Of a stretch of 64,000 nt of DNA, positions 12,306 through 27,366 are shown piece by piece. This DNA is from Steroidobacteraceae bacterium. GTDB lineage: Bacteria; Pseudomonadota; Gammaproteobacteria; Steroidobacterales; Steroidobacteraceae. Numbering within the stretch: position 1 is the stretch's first letter; each line of letters starts with the position of its first letter. The notes below the pieces were generated by a model. It made no database searches. It saw only the letters and a list, made by a program, of their open reading frames with translations, and had not been told where the DNA came from. The DNA lies in the NCBI GenBank assembly GCA_035760965.1, contig DASTRY010000057.1:22178-86177 (forward strand), read 5' to 3'. A program made the position numbers and the translations under genes.

Positions 12306-13567
12306 CGGTCCACTTCCCCGAACACGATGTCCTGCGTGCCGATGATGGCGACGACGTCCGCGAGCATGTGCCCGCGCACCATCTCATCGAGCGACGCGAG
12401 GTGCGCGAAGCCCGGGGCGCGGCACTTCACGCGATACGGTTTGTTGGCGCCATCCGAGATCAGATAGACGCCGAACTCGCCTTTCGGCGCTTCGATCGCC
12501 GCGTAGGTCTCGCCCGGGGGTACGCAGTAGCCCTCGGTGAAGAACTTGAAGTGGTGGATGAGGGATTCCATGTCGTCCTTCATCCGCTCGCGGCGCGGCG
12601 CCCGCACCTTGCGGTCGTCGATCATCACCGGGCCCGGATTGGCGCGCAGCCACTCGACGCACTGGCGGATGATGCGGTTCGACTGGCGCATCTCTTCCAC
12701 ACGGCAGAGATAGCGGTCGTAGCAGTCCCCGTTGACGCCGACGGGGATGTCGAACTCCATCTTGTCGTACACCTCGTAGGGCTGCTTCTTGCGCAGGTCC
12801 CACTCGATGCCCGAGCCGCGCAGCATCGGCCCGGAGAACCCGAGCTGCAGCGCGCGTTCCGGCGAGACGACGCCGATGTTGACCGTGCGCTGCTTCCAGA
12901 TGCGGTTGTCCGTGAGCAGCGTCTCGTAGTCGTCGATGGACTTCGGGAAGCGCTCGGTGAACGCCCAGATGAAATCGAGCATCGTGCCCGAGCGCGCTTC
13001 GTTCAGCTTGTCGACCTCGCTCTTCGAGCGCCACTTCGAGGGCTGGTACTTCGGCATCGAGTCCGGCAGGTCGCGATGCACGCCGCCCGGGCGGTAGTAC
13101 GTCGCGTGCATGCGCGTGCCGGACACCGCCTCGTAGACGTCCATGAGCTCCTCGCGCTCTTTGAAGCACAGGAGGAAGACGGTCATGGCGCCGATGTCGA
13201 GACCGTGCGCGCCGAGCCACATGAGGTGATTCAGAATGCGCGTGATCTCGTCGAACATCACACGGATGTACTGCGCGCGAATCGGCGGCTCGATGCCGAG
13301 CAGGCGCTCGATGGCGAGCACGTACGCGTGCTCGTTGCACATCATCGACACGTAGTCGAGCCGGTCCATGTAGCCGATCGACTGGTTGTACGGCTTCGAC
13401 TCGGCCAGCTTCTCGGTGGCCCGATGCAGCAGCCCGATGTGCGGATCGGCCTTCTGGATGACCTCGCCATCGAGCTCCAGCACGAGGCGCAGCACGCCGT
13501 GCGCCGCCGGATGCTGCGGGCCGAAGTTCATCGTGTAATTGCGGATTTCGACGGGGTCGCTGCTCAT
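12302..13567 (-). CDS. nuoD: NADH-quinone oxidoreductase subunit D
   Basis: 421-aa protein ([23 protein letters not shown]..). It has 4-nt overlaps with both neighbouring genes. Confidence 0.96.
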   Translation of the reverse strand: MSSDPVEIRNYTMNFGPQHPAAHGVLRLVLELDGEVIQKADPHIGLLHRATEKLAESKPYNQSIGYMDRLDYVSMMCNEHAYVLAIERLLGIEPPIRAQYIRVMFDEITRILNHLMWLGAHGLDIGAMTVFLLCFKEREELMDVYEAVSGTRMHATYYRPGGVHRDLPDSMPKYQPSKWRSKSEVDKLNEARSGTMLDFIWAFTERFPKSIDDYETLLTDNRIWKQRTVNIGVVSPERALQLGFSGPMLRGSGIEWDLRKKQPYEVYDKMEFDIPVGVNGDCYDRYLCRVEEMRQSNRIIRQCVEWLRANPGPVMIDDRKVRAPRRERMKDDMESLIHHFKFFTEGYCVPPGETYAAIEAPKGEFGVYLISDGANKPYRVKCRAPGFAHLASLDEMVRGHMLADVVAIIGTQDIVFGEVDR

Positions 13568-14334
13568 CGCGGTATGTTCGGGTCACGAAGGGCCGGCTCG
13601 TAGCGGTGGTCCTCGCGGATCACTTTCGGCACGAGCACACGCGGCTCGATGGTCACGGGCTGGTAGACGACGCGCTTGCGCTCGGGGTCGTAGCGCACCT
13701 CGACGTTGCCCGTGAGCGGGAAGTCCTTGCGGAACGGATGGCCGACGAAGCCGTAGTCCGTGAGGATGCGCCGCAGATCCGGATGGCCGCGGAAGAGAAT
13801 GCCGTAGAGATCGAACGCCTCGCGCTCGAACCAGTTTGCCGAGGCCCAGATGTCGACCACCGAATCGATGACCGGATCGCCGGCCTCGTCCATGTCGCAG
13901 AGGCCGATGATGCGCAGGCGCGCGTTGTGCGTGATCGAGAGGAGCTGATAGGCGACGGCGAACCGCGGCCGCTGTCTGACGATGTCGTCTTCGGCGAACT
14001 GGTACTCGCGGTTTTGCTCGCCGCGGCCGCCCTCGCCCGCCTCGCTCGAATCGCTCGGCGGCGTGATGCGCGGGACGCGGCCGCGGCTGAAGCCGGAGCG
14101 CGTGGCGGTATGGGTCTGCCACTCGTCGCGGCCGTAGACGAGGTAATCGACACCCGCGAGGTCCATCATCATCTCGAAGCGCAGATCCGGCGCATCGCGC
14201 AGCGTCTTGCAGACGGCGAGGAGGTCCGCGGCCTGCACCTGGTAGGCGAGCTCATGCGGCAGCGCAGGCACTCGGGTCACGCGACCCGAGAGGTGCGCAT
14301 CGACCTTCGCGGCAAGGGCTTCGACATTCTTCAT
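13564..14334 (-). CDS. nuoC: NADH-quinone oxidoreductase subunit C
   Basis: NuoC-like ends (..DLAGVDYL.., ..[33 protein letters not shown]..). The ATG at 14334 is preferred; the track start at 14343 is a TTG. Confidence 0.9.
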   Translation of the reverse strand: MKNVEALAAKVDAHLSGRVTRVPALPHELAYQVQAADLLAVCKTLRDAPDLRFEMMMDLAGVDYLVYGRDEWQTHTATRSGFSRGRVPRITPPSDSSEAGEGGRGEQNREYQFAEDDIVRQRPRFAVAYQLLSITHNARLRIIGLCDMDEAGDPVIDSVVDIWASANWFEREAFDLYGILFRGHPDLRRILTDYGFVGHPFRKDFPLTGNVEVRYDPERKRVVYQPVTIEPRVLVPKVIREDHRYEPALRDPNIPR

Positions 14335-14353
14335 GCGCGGCAAACCGTCCGTT

Positions 14354-14845
14354 TCAGCGAGCGATCGTGCTCGTGCGTGCGATCTTTTTCTGCAGCTGGA
14401 TGATGCCGTACACGAGCGCTTCGGCCGTGGGCGGGCAGCCGGGTACGTACACGTCGACGGGCACGACGCGATCGCACCCGCGAACCACGGCGTACGAGTA
14501 GTGGTAGTAGCCGCCCCCGTTGGCGCACGATCCCATCGAGATCACCCAGCGCGGCTCGGCCATCTGGTCGTACACCTTGCGCAGCGCCGGAGCCATCTTG
14601 TTGACCAGCGTGCCGGCAACGATCATCACGTCGGACTGGCGCGGGCTCGGGCGGAACACCACGCCGAAGCGGTCGAGGTCGTAGCGCGAGGCGCCGGCGT
14701 GCATCATCTCGACCGCGCAGCAGGCGAGACCGAAGGTCATCGGCCAGAGCGAGCCGGTGCGCGCCCAATTGATGAGATTGTCGACTTGGGTCGTGAAGAA
14801 TCCGCGCTGCGCGAAGCCGTCGGGGCCCTGCTCTTCTAATCCCAC
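14354..14845 (-). CDS. nuoB: NADH-quinone oxidoreductase subunit B
   Basis: [35 protein letters not shown] motifs. The GTG start at 14845 overlaps the nuoA stop. The 288-aa track ORF is an upstream out-of-frame extension over nuoA. Confidence 0.92.
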   Translation of the reverse strand: MGLEEQGPDGFAQRGFFTTQVDNLINWARTGSLWPMTFGLACCAVEMMHAGASRYDLDRFGVVFRPSPRQSDVMIVAGTLVNKMAPALRKVYDQMAEPRWVISMGSCANGGGYYHYSYAVVRGCDRVVPVDVYVPGCPPTAEALVYGIIQLQKKIARTSTIAR

Positions 14846-15204
14846 TCGAGCGCTCCCTTCTTCCACTCGTAGATGAACCCGACCACGAGGATCAGCAGGA
14901 AGAAGCCCATTGCGACCAGCCCGTAGACGCCAATGTGCTGGAGCGCCACGGCCCACGGAAACAGGAACGCGATCTCGAGATCGAACACGATGAAGAGAAT
15001 GGCGACGAGGTAGTAGCGCACGTCGAACTTCATGCGAGTGTCTTCGTACGCCTCGAAGCCGCACTCGTAGGGTGAGACTTTTTCGCGGTCGCCGTGAAAG
15101 CGCGAGAAGAGTCGTCCGAGACCGTTGCCGAGCAGCAGCAGGAGCGCGGCCAGACCGGCGGCGACGACGAGGAAGATGAGAACGGGCAGGTAGTTCGCCA
15201 GCAT
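14836..15204 (-). CDS. nuoA: NADH-quinone oxidoreductase subunit A
   Basis: Small 3-TM protein (..[39 protein letters not shown]..). The ATG at 15204 is preferred over the TTG at 15210. Confidence 0.92.
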   Translation of the reverse strand: MLANYLPVLIFLVVAAGLAALLLLLGNGLGRLFSRFHGDREKVSPYECGFEAYEDTRMKFDVRYYLVAILFIVFDLEIAFLFPWAVALQHIGVYGLVAMGFFLLILVVGFIYEWKKGALEWD

Positions 15205-15268
15205 GTTCAACCCACATCAAAAGGGGACAGTTCGCATCCCCGCGCGCTGCCCCCCGTGTCGGCCGCGC

Positions 15269-15315
15269 ATTCTACAAGACCGGACAAAATAATGAGTGAC
15301 TCTTAAGAGTTACTC
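15269..15315 (-). promoter_or_regulatory. candidate nuo promoter region: -10-like TAGAAT (15274-15269) plus an upstream 22-bp AT-rich near-perfect palindrome (15294-15315)
   Basis: GAGTGACTCTTAAGAGTTACTC is self-complementary with 1 mismatch. It lies 20-41 nt upstream of the TAGAAT, in the 257-bp spacer between tRNA-Leu and nuoA. Confidence 0.35.
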
Positions 15316-15467
15316 GCCATTCATGGAGACGGCGCGTAGCGACCGTCGGCGTAACGCAGCCACCCGCGGTCGGCCACATCACAAGGCATGGCCTCAGGTA
15401 GGCGCGCGAAAACCTTTCGCCCCGGCAACCCCCGTGCAATCGCTGCCCGGAGGCCATGAACACATAC

Positions 15468-15552
15468 TGGTGCGGACGGGGAGACTCGAACTCCCATGCC
15501 TTGCGGCGCTAGCCCCTCAAGCTAGTGTGTCTACCAATTCCACCACGTCCGC
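15468..15552 (-). tRNA. tRNA-Leu (anticodon GAG), CCA encoded
   Basis: The reverse complement is GCGGACGTGGTGGAATTGGTAGACACACTAGCTTGAGGGGCTAGCGCCGCAAGGCATGGGAGTTCGAGTCTCCCCGTCCGCACCA. It folds as a class II cloverleaf with a long variable arm and a TTCGAGT T-loop. Confidence 0.95.
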
Positions 15553-15580
15553 AGCGGCGCGCACGCGCGCCGTAGGAAAC

Positions 15581-16021
15581 TCACTTCCTCTCGGGCCCAT
15601 CCGCGGGCGCCGGGACTTCGCCCGATGCGGGCGCATTCGCCGGGGCCGGCGTCGTCGCCGGCGCAGGCGCGGGTGCTGCAGTGCCCGTCGCGGGAGCCGG
15701 AATCGCGGGTGTCTGCCCCGCGCCGTTCGCGGGCTCGGGCGCTGTCGTGCCCGCCGCCTCATCGAGGATGGTCTTCGGCGCCTGCGCCTGCTGCGAGCCC
15801 ATGTACGCGAGCGCGAGGCTGTTCAACATGAACACGGCCGCGAGGATCGCAGTGGTCCGTGACAGCGCCGTGCGCGCACCGCGAGCGCCGAACACCGTGC
15901 CCGAAGCGCCGGCGCCGAAGCCGGCGCCCGCGTCGGCACCCTTGCCGCGCTGAAGCAGCACGAGGCCCACGATGCCGAAGCACACGAAGACCTGCACGCC
16001 CATCAAAATCATTCGCAACAT
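15581..16021 (-). CDS. secG: preprotein translocase subunit SecG, with an Ala/Pro-rich C-terminal tail
   Basis: N-terminal part matches SecG: ..[32 protein letters not shown]... Confidence 0.9.
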   Translation of the reverse strand: MLRMILMGVQVFVCFGIVGLVLLQRGKGADAGAGFGAGASGTVFGARGARTALSRTTAILAAVFMLNSLALAYMGSQQAQAPKTILDEAAGTTAPEPANGAGQTPAIPAPATGTAAPAPAPATTPAPANAPASGEVPAPADGPERK

Positions 16022-16049
16022 GCCTAAAACCTATGCCTGGAAGGCCGCC

Positions 16050-16808
16050 TCAGTGAGGCCGGGCCGCCGCCAGGATCGCAAGGAACTCATCCGCTTTGAG
16101 CGAGGCGCCGCCGATCAGGCCGCCGTCCACGTCCGGCATCGCGAAGAGCTCGGCCGCGTTTCCGGCCTTGACACTGCCGCCGTAGAGGATCCGCGTTTCG
16201 GCCGCGATCTTAGCACTGCGCGCGTGCAGCCGCGCGCGGATGAACGCGTGCACCTCCTGCGCTTGGTCCGGCGTCGCGTTGCGTCCCGTACCGATCGCCC
16301 AAACGGGCTCGTACGCGATGACCGCGTGCGCGAAGGCATCCACTCCGCAGAGCTCGAGCACCGCGTCGAGCTGGCGCTGGACCACTTCCTCGGTGCGGTT
16401 CGACTCGCGCTCGGCGAGCTGCTCGCCCACACAGAGAATGGGGATGAGCTGCTTCGACTGCGCCGCGGCGAACTTGCGCGCCACGAGCTGCTCGCTCTCC
16501 CGATAGATGAGGCGGCGCTCGGAGTGGCCGACGATGACGTACTCGCAGCCCACGTCCTTCAACATGGCCGCGGAGACCTCGCCGGTGAACGCGCCCTGCA
16601 TCTCCGCGCACACGTTCTGTGCGCCGAGCTCGATCGAGGAGCCGCGCAGGATACGGGCGCACTCCTGCAGATACACGAATGGCGGGCACACGACGCAGGT
16701 CGCAACGGGCTTCGCCGGCAGCTGCGCCATCAGCTCTTCGAGCAACCGCGCATTTTCGGCGCGCGAGCCGTGCAGCTTCCAATTTCCGGCGACGATGGGG
16801 CGGCGCAT
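16050..16808 (-). CDS. tpiA: triosephosphate isomerase
   Basis: [15 protein letters not shown].. and ..VGHSERR.., ..[11 protein letters not shown].., ..LYGGSV.. motifs. Confidence 0.96.
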   Translation of the reverse strand: MRRPIVAGNWKLHGSRAENARLLEELMAQLPAKPVATCVVCPPFVYLQECARILRGSSIELGAQNVCAEMQGAFTGEVSAAMLKDVGCEYVIVGHSERRLIYRESEQLVARKFAAAQSKQLIPILCVGEQLAERESNRTEEVVQRQLDAVLELCGVDAFAHAVIAYEPVWAIGTGRNATPDQAQEVHAFIRARLHARSAKIAAETRILYGGSVKAGNAAELFAMPDVDGGLIGGASLKADEFLAILAAARPH

Positions 16809-16869
16809 GGGCCCGTCCTGCAGGGTTAATGTGAGCGCCCCACAGGGGGGCGCCGCTCAAGGGCGCGCG

Positions 16870-16898
16870 ATGATAGACACGAGGGGGGGCGAGCGCAA
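16870..16898 (-). promoter_or_regulatory. candidate sigma70 promoter for tpiA-secG (TTGCGC-17 nt-TATCAT)
   Basis: The minus-strand reading is GGGTTGCGCTCGCCCCCCCTCGTGTCTATCAT, about 60 nt upstream of the tpiA ATG. A GC hairpin at 16832-16855 lies in the predicted leader. Confidence 0.4.
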
Positions 16899-17129
16899 CC
16901 CACGGAGGAAGGCGGGAATTTTCGCGGCCGACGGCCCCGCTCGCGCCGCCCGCGAACCGCTGGCTCGCGCGCTCGGGCTCACGCCCACGACCGCCCCTCT
17001 TTCGGCGCACGGATTCCGCGCAAACGCCTGGATTTCGCCTTGGCCCGTGCGCGGATCGCCTATCGGTGCGCTCGGCATTCGCGAGCGTGAAGGCGTCTAT
17101 ACCGCGGCACTCGGCTCGAGCCGGCCGCT

Positions 17130-18464
17130 CTAGACCGCGGCCGCCTTCACGACATCCGCCAGCTCGCCGGCGAGGGATTTCGTGAGCGCCTCGTCGCGGC
17201 CTTCGACCATCACTCGGATGACCGGCTCGGTGCCGGACGCGCGCAGCACGACGCGGCCCTCGCCCGCCAGCCGTTCCTCGATGCGCGTGACGGCCTTCTG
17301 CACTTCGGGCACGGTCTTCGGATCGAAGCGCTTCGCGACCTTCACGTTGAGCAGCACCTGCGGAAACTTCTGCATCCCCGCAGCCAGCTCGGCGAGCGAG
17401 CGACCCGTCTGCTTCATGACCGCGAGCACCTGGAGGGCGCTCACGAGCCCATCGCCGGTGGTCGTCTTGTCGAGGCACAGGATGTGACCCGAGGTCTCGC
17501 CGCCGAGGATGCCGCCGTGCTCGCGCAGCATGCTGAGCACGTAGCGATCGCCGACCTGCGCGCGCATGAACGGAATGCCGGCGCGCTTCAGCGCGAGCTC
17601 GAGGCCGATGTTCGTCATCACCGTGCCGACCACCGGGCCGCGCAGCGTGCCGGCCTCCTGGCGCGCCTTCGCAATCACGTACAGCAACTGATCGCCATCG
17701 ACGGTGCGGCCGAAGTGATCGACCATGACGAGCCGATCGCCGTCGCCATCGAGCGCGACACCGACGTGCGCGCGCACTCCCGGCACCGTGAGCTGCAGGA
17801 GCGCCGGCGCCGTCGAGCCGCACCCGTCGTTGATGTTGCGGCCGTTCGGCGAGCAGCCGATCGGCACGATCTCGGCGCCGAGGTCCGCCAGGATGCGCGG
17901 GCCGACCTTGTACGTCGCGCCGTTCGCGCAGTCGATCACGATCTTCATCCCGGAGAGATCGACGCCGGGCGGCAGCGTCGAGGCGCAGAACTCCTGGTAC
18001 ATGGTGCGCGAGCGGTCGACGCGCGTGGCGCGACCCAGGCTGCGCGAGGTCTTCGTGAGCGGCTTCTGCTCGAGCTCGAGCTCGATCCGCTCCTCGAGCT
18101 CGTCGGAGAGCTTCGCGCCGGTCGCGTCGAAGAACTTGATGCCGTTGTCGTCGTAGAGATTGTGCGAAGCGCTGATCACGACGCCGAAGTTCGCATTGAA
18201 CTTGGTGGTCATGTACGCGATGCCCGGCGTCGGCAGCGGCCCGATGAGCAGCGCATTCACGCCTGCCGCGACGAAGCCCGCCTCGAGCGCGGATTCGAAC
18301 ATGTAGCCGGAAAGTCGCGTGTCTTTGCCGATGAGCACCGTGCCGCCGTCGGGCGCGAGCACGCGCGCCGCGGCGCTCGCGAGATTCAACGCGAAATCCA
18401 CCGTCATCGGATGCACGCCGACCTGACCGCGCACGCCGTCGGTGCCGAAATATCGTCGCGTCAA
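17130..18464 (-). CDS. glmM: phosphoglucosamine mutase
   Basis: ..TRRYFGTDGVRG.., ..SASHNLYDDNGIKFF... I place the start at the TTG at 18464, overlapping the folP stop (GTTGA), with GGAGGG 9 nt upstream. This gives 444 aa, a typical GlmM length. Confidence 0.88.
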   Translation of the reverse strand: MTRRYFGTDGVRGQVGVHPMTVDFALNLASAAARVLAPDGGTVLIGKDTRLSGYMFESALEAGFVAAGVNALLIGPLPTPGIAYMTTKFNANFGVVISASHNLYDDNGIKFFDATGAKLSDELEERIELELEQKPLTKTSRSLGRATRVDRSRTMYQEFCASTLPPGVDLSGMKIVIDCANGATYKVGPRILADLGAEIVPIGCSPNGRNINDGCGSTAPALLQLTVPGVRAHVGVALDGDGDRLVMVDHFGRTVDGDQLLYVIAKARQEAGTLRGPVVGTVMTNIGLELALKRAGIPFMRAQVGDRYVLSMLREHGGILGGETSGHILCLDKTTTGDGLVSALQVLAVMKQTGRSLAELAAGMQKFPQVLLNVKVAKRFDPKTVPEVQKAVTRIEERLAGEGRVVLRASGTEPVIRVMVEGRDEALTKSLAGELADVVKAAAV

Positions 18465-19315
18465 CTCTCCGCCCTCCACTCTTGGATGGCCGCGACCGTC
18501 TTCATCGCGTCCACCGTTGCCGCCACATCGTGAGCGCGCACGATGCGCGCGCCTTTCAGAACCGCCATCACGGCCAGCGCGATGCTGCCGTACACCCGTT
18601 CGTCCGCGGGTTTGCCGAGAATCTTGCCGAGCATCGACTTGCGGGAGAGCCCGACGAGCAGCGGCATGCCATCCGGCTGCGCCGGCTGCATGGCCGCGAG
18701 CACATCGAGACCGCGCAAGAGAGCGGCATTGTGCGCCAGGGTCTTGCCGAACCCGAAGCCCGGATCGATTGCGATCCGCTCGGGCGGGATGCCCAACGCG
18801 CGGCAACTCTGCACGCGCTCGGCGAGGAATGCCTTGACCTCGTTCACGACATCCCCGTAGCGCGGGTCCTGTTGCATGGTTCGCGGTTCGCCCTGCATGT
18901 GCATGAGGCACACCGCACAGCCGGATTCGGCCGCCGTTTCGAGCGCGCCGGGCAGGCGCAGCGCGTATACATCGTTGATCAGTCCGGCGCCCGCGGCGGC
19001 GGCGGCCTTCATCACCGCCGGCTTGCTCGTATCGATCGAGAGGATGGCCTTCTCTCCGGCGAGCCCCTCGATCACCGGGATGACCCGGCGCAGCTCCTCG
19101 TCCACGGACACGGGCATCGCGCCCGGCCGCGTCGATTCGCCGCCGATATCGAGGATCGCCGCGCCCTCCTCGACCAGCCGCCGGCCGTGTTCGACGGCCC
19201 GGCGCGCGTCGAGAAAGCGTCCGCCGTCGGAAAACGAGTCCGGCGTGACGTTGACGATGCCCATCACGACGGGCGTGCTGAGGTCGAGTCGTTGCCGGCC
19301 GCAGAGGAGTTGCAT
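18461..19315 (-). CDS. folP: dihydropteroate synthase
   Basis: 284-aa protein with ..VMGIVNVTPDSFSDGG.. and ..ILDIGGESTRPG... Confidence 0.95.
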   Translation of the reverse strand: MQLLCGRQRLDLSTPVVMGIVNVTPDSFSDGGRFLDARRAVEHGRRLVEEGAAILDIGGESTRPGAMPVSVDEELRRVIPVIEGLAGEKAILSIDTSKPAVMKAAAAAGAGLINDVYALRLPGALETAAESGCAVCLMHMQGEPRTMQQDPRYGDVVNEVKAFLAERVQSCRALGIPPERIAIDPGFGFGKTLAHNAALLRGLDVLAAMQPAQPDGMPLLVGLSRKSMLGKILGKPADERVYGSIALAVMAVLKGARIVRAHDVAATVDAMKTVAAIQEWRAES

Positions 19316-19336
19316 GGGGTGCGAATGTTAGCGCCC

Positions 19337-19374
19337 GAAACGAAAACGGGGTCGGCATCGTGAATGCCGACCCC
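19337..19374 (-). terminator. intrinsic terminator-like hairpin between ftsH and folP
   Basis: The minus strand reads GGGGTCGGCAT-TCACG-ATGCCGACCCC followed by GTTTTCGTTTC: an 11-bp perfect stem, a 5-nt loop and a T-rich tail. Confidence 0.6.
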
Positions 19375-19488
19375 GCGTGATCAACGACAGCGTCCGGAGG
19401 CTGTCAGGGAAGCGGGACACCTGGGGCGCGCTGGCCGCTCATCGATGCGCGCACTCGCGCCTCGCCCCGACAACCCGTGCGCGGCCGG

Positions 19489-21399
<1,911 letters not shown>

Positions 21400-21445
21400 G
21401 GGCTAAAACCTCTTGCGCTTACGGTCAGCGAAGGTCCGATCGACC

Positions 21446-22072
21446 CTACACCAACCCAAACCCCTTAGCCAGCAAATACAACTCGGGGCTCCGGGACCGG
21501 GATGCATCGGGTTTGCACACCTTGACCCTGGCGAATTTGCGTCGGCTCGCCGCGACGAGCTCCTGGAATCCGGCGCCTTGAAAAACCTTGATCAGGGCAC
21601 TGCCGTCGCGCTTCAAGACACGCTCCGCGAGATCGAGGGCCAGCTCGGCGAGATACATCGAGCGGGGCTGATCGATCGCATCCACCCCGCTCATGTTCGG
21701 GGCCATGTCCGAGAGCACCACATCGACCTGCCCGCCGGCCACCAAGGCAACGATCTCGGCTACGACCGGTTCCTCCCGGAAGTCGCCCTGCACGAATTGA
21801 ACGCCCGGCAGGGGCTCCATGGGCAGGATGTCGGTCGCAATCACGCGGCCTTTTTCGCCCACCTTGCGCGCGGCGTACTGCGACCAGGCGCCCGGAGCGG
21901 CACCCAGATCGAGGCAGAAAGCGCCCGGCTTCAGCAGACGCTCCTTGCGGTCGATCTCCTCGAGCTTGTAGACCGCCCGCGACCGCCAACCCTCGCTCTT
22001 CGCGCGCTGGACGTACGGATCGTTGAAGTGCTCCTGCAGCCACCGGCCGGAGCTCTTGGATCGCCTGGCCAT
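21446..22072 (-). CDS. rlmE: 23S rRNA (uridine2552-2'-O)-methyltransferase RlmE/FtsJ
   Basis: ..[33 protein letters not shown].., upstream of ftsH as in other proteobacteria. Confidence 0.93.
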   Translation of the reverse strand: MARRSKSSGRWLQEHFNDPYVQRAKSEGWRSRAVYKLEEIDRKERLLKPGAFCLDLGAAPGAWSQYAARKVGEKGRVIATDILPMEPLPGVQFVQGDFREEPVVAEIVALVAGGQVDVVLSDMAPNMSGVDAIDQPRSMYLAELALDLAERVLKRDGSALIKVFQGAGFQELVAASRRKFARVKVCKPDASRSRSPELYLLAKGFGLV

Positions 22073-22107
22073 CGACTCACCCGTCCCTGGGGGGACAGCC
22101 TCGCGCG

Positions 22108-22580
22108 CTACTCGTATTGGACCCGCACGACTTCGTAGCTGCGCGTCCCGCCCGGAGCCTCGACGTCGACGATGTCGCCCTCGGCCTTGCCGACGAGCGC
22201 GCGCGCGATCGGCGAGGAGATGGAGATGCGGCCCACGCGGATGTCCGCCTCGTCCTCACCGACGATCTGGTACTTCACGCGCTTGCTGTCGTTCTGGTCT
22301 TCGAGCTCGATCGAGGCGCCGAACACGATCTTGCCGCTGCCCACCATGCGGCTCGTGTCGATGATCTCGGCGTTGCTGAGCTTCGCCTCGATCTCGCTGA
22401 TGCGGCCCTCGATGAAGCCTTGCTGCTCGCGGGCTGCATGGTACTCGGCGTTTTCCGACAGATCGCCGAGCCCGCGCGCCTCGGCGATCGCTCGGATCAC
22501 GTTCGGGCGTGCCTCGGACTTGAGCCGCTTCAGCTCGGCGCGCAGCGCCTCGGCGCCGCGCAAGGTCATGGGCGTGCGTT

Positions 22581-22584
<4 letters not shown>
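22108..22584 (-). CDS. greA: transcription elongation factor GreA
   Basis: [22 protein letters not shown]..; the ATG at 22584 overlaps the carB stop (ATGA). Length is 158 aa. Confidence 0.93.
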
Positions 22585-25808
<3,224 letters not shown>

Positions 25809-25880
25809 TCTTCTGCTGTAGCAGCTTCTTCATGTCGGAACGGGTTCGAAGCGGCGCTGGATGCGGGCGCGCGGCGCGCA

Positions 25881-27125
25881 TCACGCGTCGGACGCCGCGC
25901 GATCGCCGGCGTCGGTGCCGGTCGGCGGCAGGCTCGCCTGCGCGGAGTCCTGCGACTGCCGGCGCATCGCCTCCTCCGCGGCGCGCAGCTGGCTTTGCAG
26001 GCGTCTCAGCATCAGGTGATTGAAGCGCTCGAACAGCGGCTTCAGATCGTGCGGCCCCGGGCTCGCTTCGGGATGGCCCTGGAAGCCGAACACCGGCTTG
26101 TCCTTGAATGCGAGACCCTGCAGCGAGTTGTCGAACAGCGAGCGATGCGTCGCGCGCACGTTCGGCGGCAGCGTGCTCTCGTCGACCGCGAAACCGTGAT
26201 TCTGGCTGGTGATGAACACCCGGCCCGTGTCGAGATCCTGCACCGGATGGTTCGCACCGTGATGGCCGAACTTCATCTTGACCGTGCTGGCGCCGCACGC
26301 GAGCCCGAGAATCTGATGTCCGAGGCAGATGCCGAACACCGGGATGTTCTGCTCGATCAGCTCGCGCGTCGCCTTGATCGCGTAGTCGCACGGCTCCGGA
26401 TCGCCGGGGCCGTTCGAGAGGAAGACGCCGTCCGGCCCGAGCGCCATCACTTCCGCGGCACTCGTCTGTGCAGGCACGACGGTCATGCGGCAGCCGTAGT
26501 CCGACAGCAGCCGCAGAATGTTGCGCTTGATGCCGAAATCGTAAGCGACGACGTGCAGGCGCTGCTGCGAGCGGATCGGCTGGCGCGCCTTGTCCTGCCA
26601 CACGCTGCCTTCGTTCCACTGATACACGCGCTTCGTCGAGACGACCTTCGCGAGGTCCATGCCTTTCAGGCCGGGGAACTTGCGCGCGGCCTTCACCGCG
26701 GCGTTCTCATCGACCTGTTCCCCCGTCATGATGCAGCCCGCTTGGGCGCCCTTCTCGCGCAGGATGCGCGTGAGCTTGCGCGTATCGATGCCGGCGATCG
26801 CGACGAGTCGGCCGCGCTCGAGGAAGTCGCTGAGCGTGCCGTTCGCGCGCCAGCTACTCGCGAGCAGCGGCAGATCGCGAATGACGAGACCCGCGGGATA
26901 GATCTGCGCGGCTTCGAGGTCTTCCGGCGTGACGCCGGTATTGCCGATGTGAGGGTACGTCAGCGTGACGATCTGACGTGCGTACGACGGGTCGGTGAGA
27001 ATTTCCTGATAGCCCGTCAAGGCGGTATTGAAAACGACTTCGCCGGTGGTGTTGCCTCGTGCTCCGATCGACTGGCCGCGGAAGATGGTGCCATCCGCCA
27101 GCGCCAGCACCGCTGCTGTGCTCAC
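25881..27125 (-). CDS. carA: carbamoyl-phosphate synthase small (glutaminase) subunit, with a C-terminal tail of about 35 aa
   Basis: ..[44 protein letters not shown]... The start is a GTG, with AAGGGGA upstream. Confidence 0.94.
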   Translation of the reverse strand: MSTAAVLALADGTIFRGQSIGARGNTTGEVVFNTALTGYQEILTDPSYARQIVTLTYPHIGNTGVTPEDLEAAQIYPAGLVIRDLPLLASSWRANGTLSDFLERGRLVAIAGIDTRKLTRILREKGAQAGCIMTGEQVDENAAVKAARKFPGLKGMDLAKVVSTKRVYQWNEGSVWQDKARQPIRSQQRLHVVAYDFGIKRNILRLLSDYGCRMTVVPAQTSAAEVMALGPDGVFLSNGPGDPEPCDYAIKATRELIEQNIPVFGICLGHQILGLACGASTVKMKFGHHGANHPVQDLDTGRVFITSQNHGFAVDESTLPPNVRATHRSLFDNSLQGLAFKDKPVFGFQGHPEASPGPHDLKPLFERFNHLMLRRLQSQLRAAEEAMRRQSQDSAQASLPPTGTDAGDRAASDA

Positions 27126-27204
27126 TTACCGGTTCCCCTTCAGAACTCGTGCCCCGGGCGAGGGCTTAATGGATTGTGGATGCTCCCCGATCAGGCTCTC
27201 GCGC

Positions 27205-27244
27205 ATATACAAAGCGGGAGGAGTTCTCTCGAACATCCTCCCGC
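27205..27244 (-). terminator. intrinsic terminator-like hairpin downstream of dapB
   Basis: The minus strand reads GCGGGAGGA-13 nt-TCCTCCCGC followed by TTTGTATAT. It lies in the 241-bp dapB-carA spacer. Confidence 0.5.
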
Positions 27245-27366
27245 CTTGCATGGACTAACCCTTACGGATTACGGCGAAATTCTACGGGCTGCCCGGCCCG
27301 GGTGTCCACGCCGTCCACACAAAAAACTTTTCCACAGACACTTCGGCTACGCCTCGCGTTTTGCGC

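Noticed and set aside
16857-17078. 73-aa ORF in the glmM-tpiA spacer.
   Set aside because: It has Ala/Arg/Gly/Pro-rich composition, no SD and no recognisable fold, and it overlaps the predicted tpiA promoter. It is most likely non-coding.
18465-19358. N-terminal 298-residue extension of the glmM frame (track ORF 17130-19358, 742 aa) overlapping folP.
   Set aside because: GlmM homology starts at TRRYFGTDGVRG. The extension overlaps folP out of frame and is Arg/Gly/Ala-rich. A TTG start with an SD at the folP stop explains the gene.
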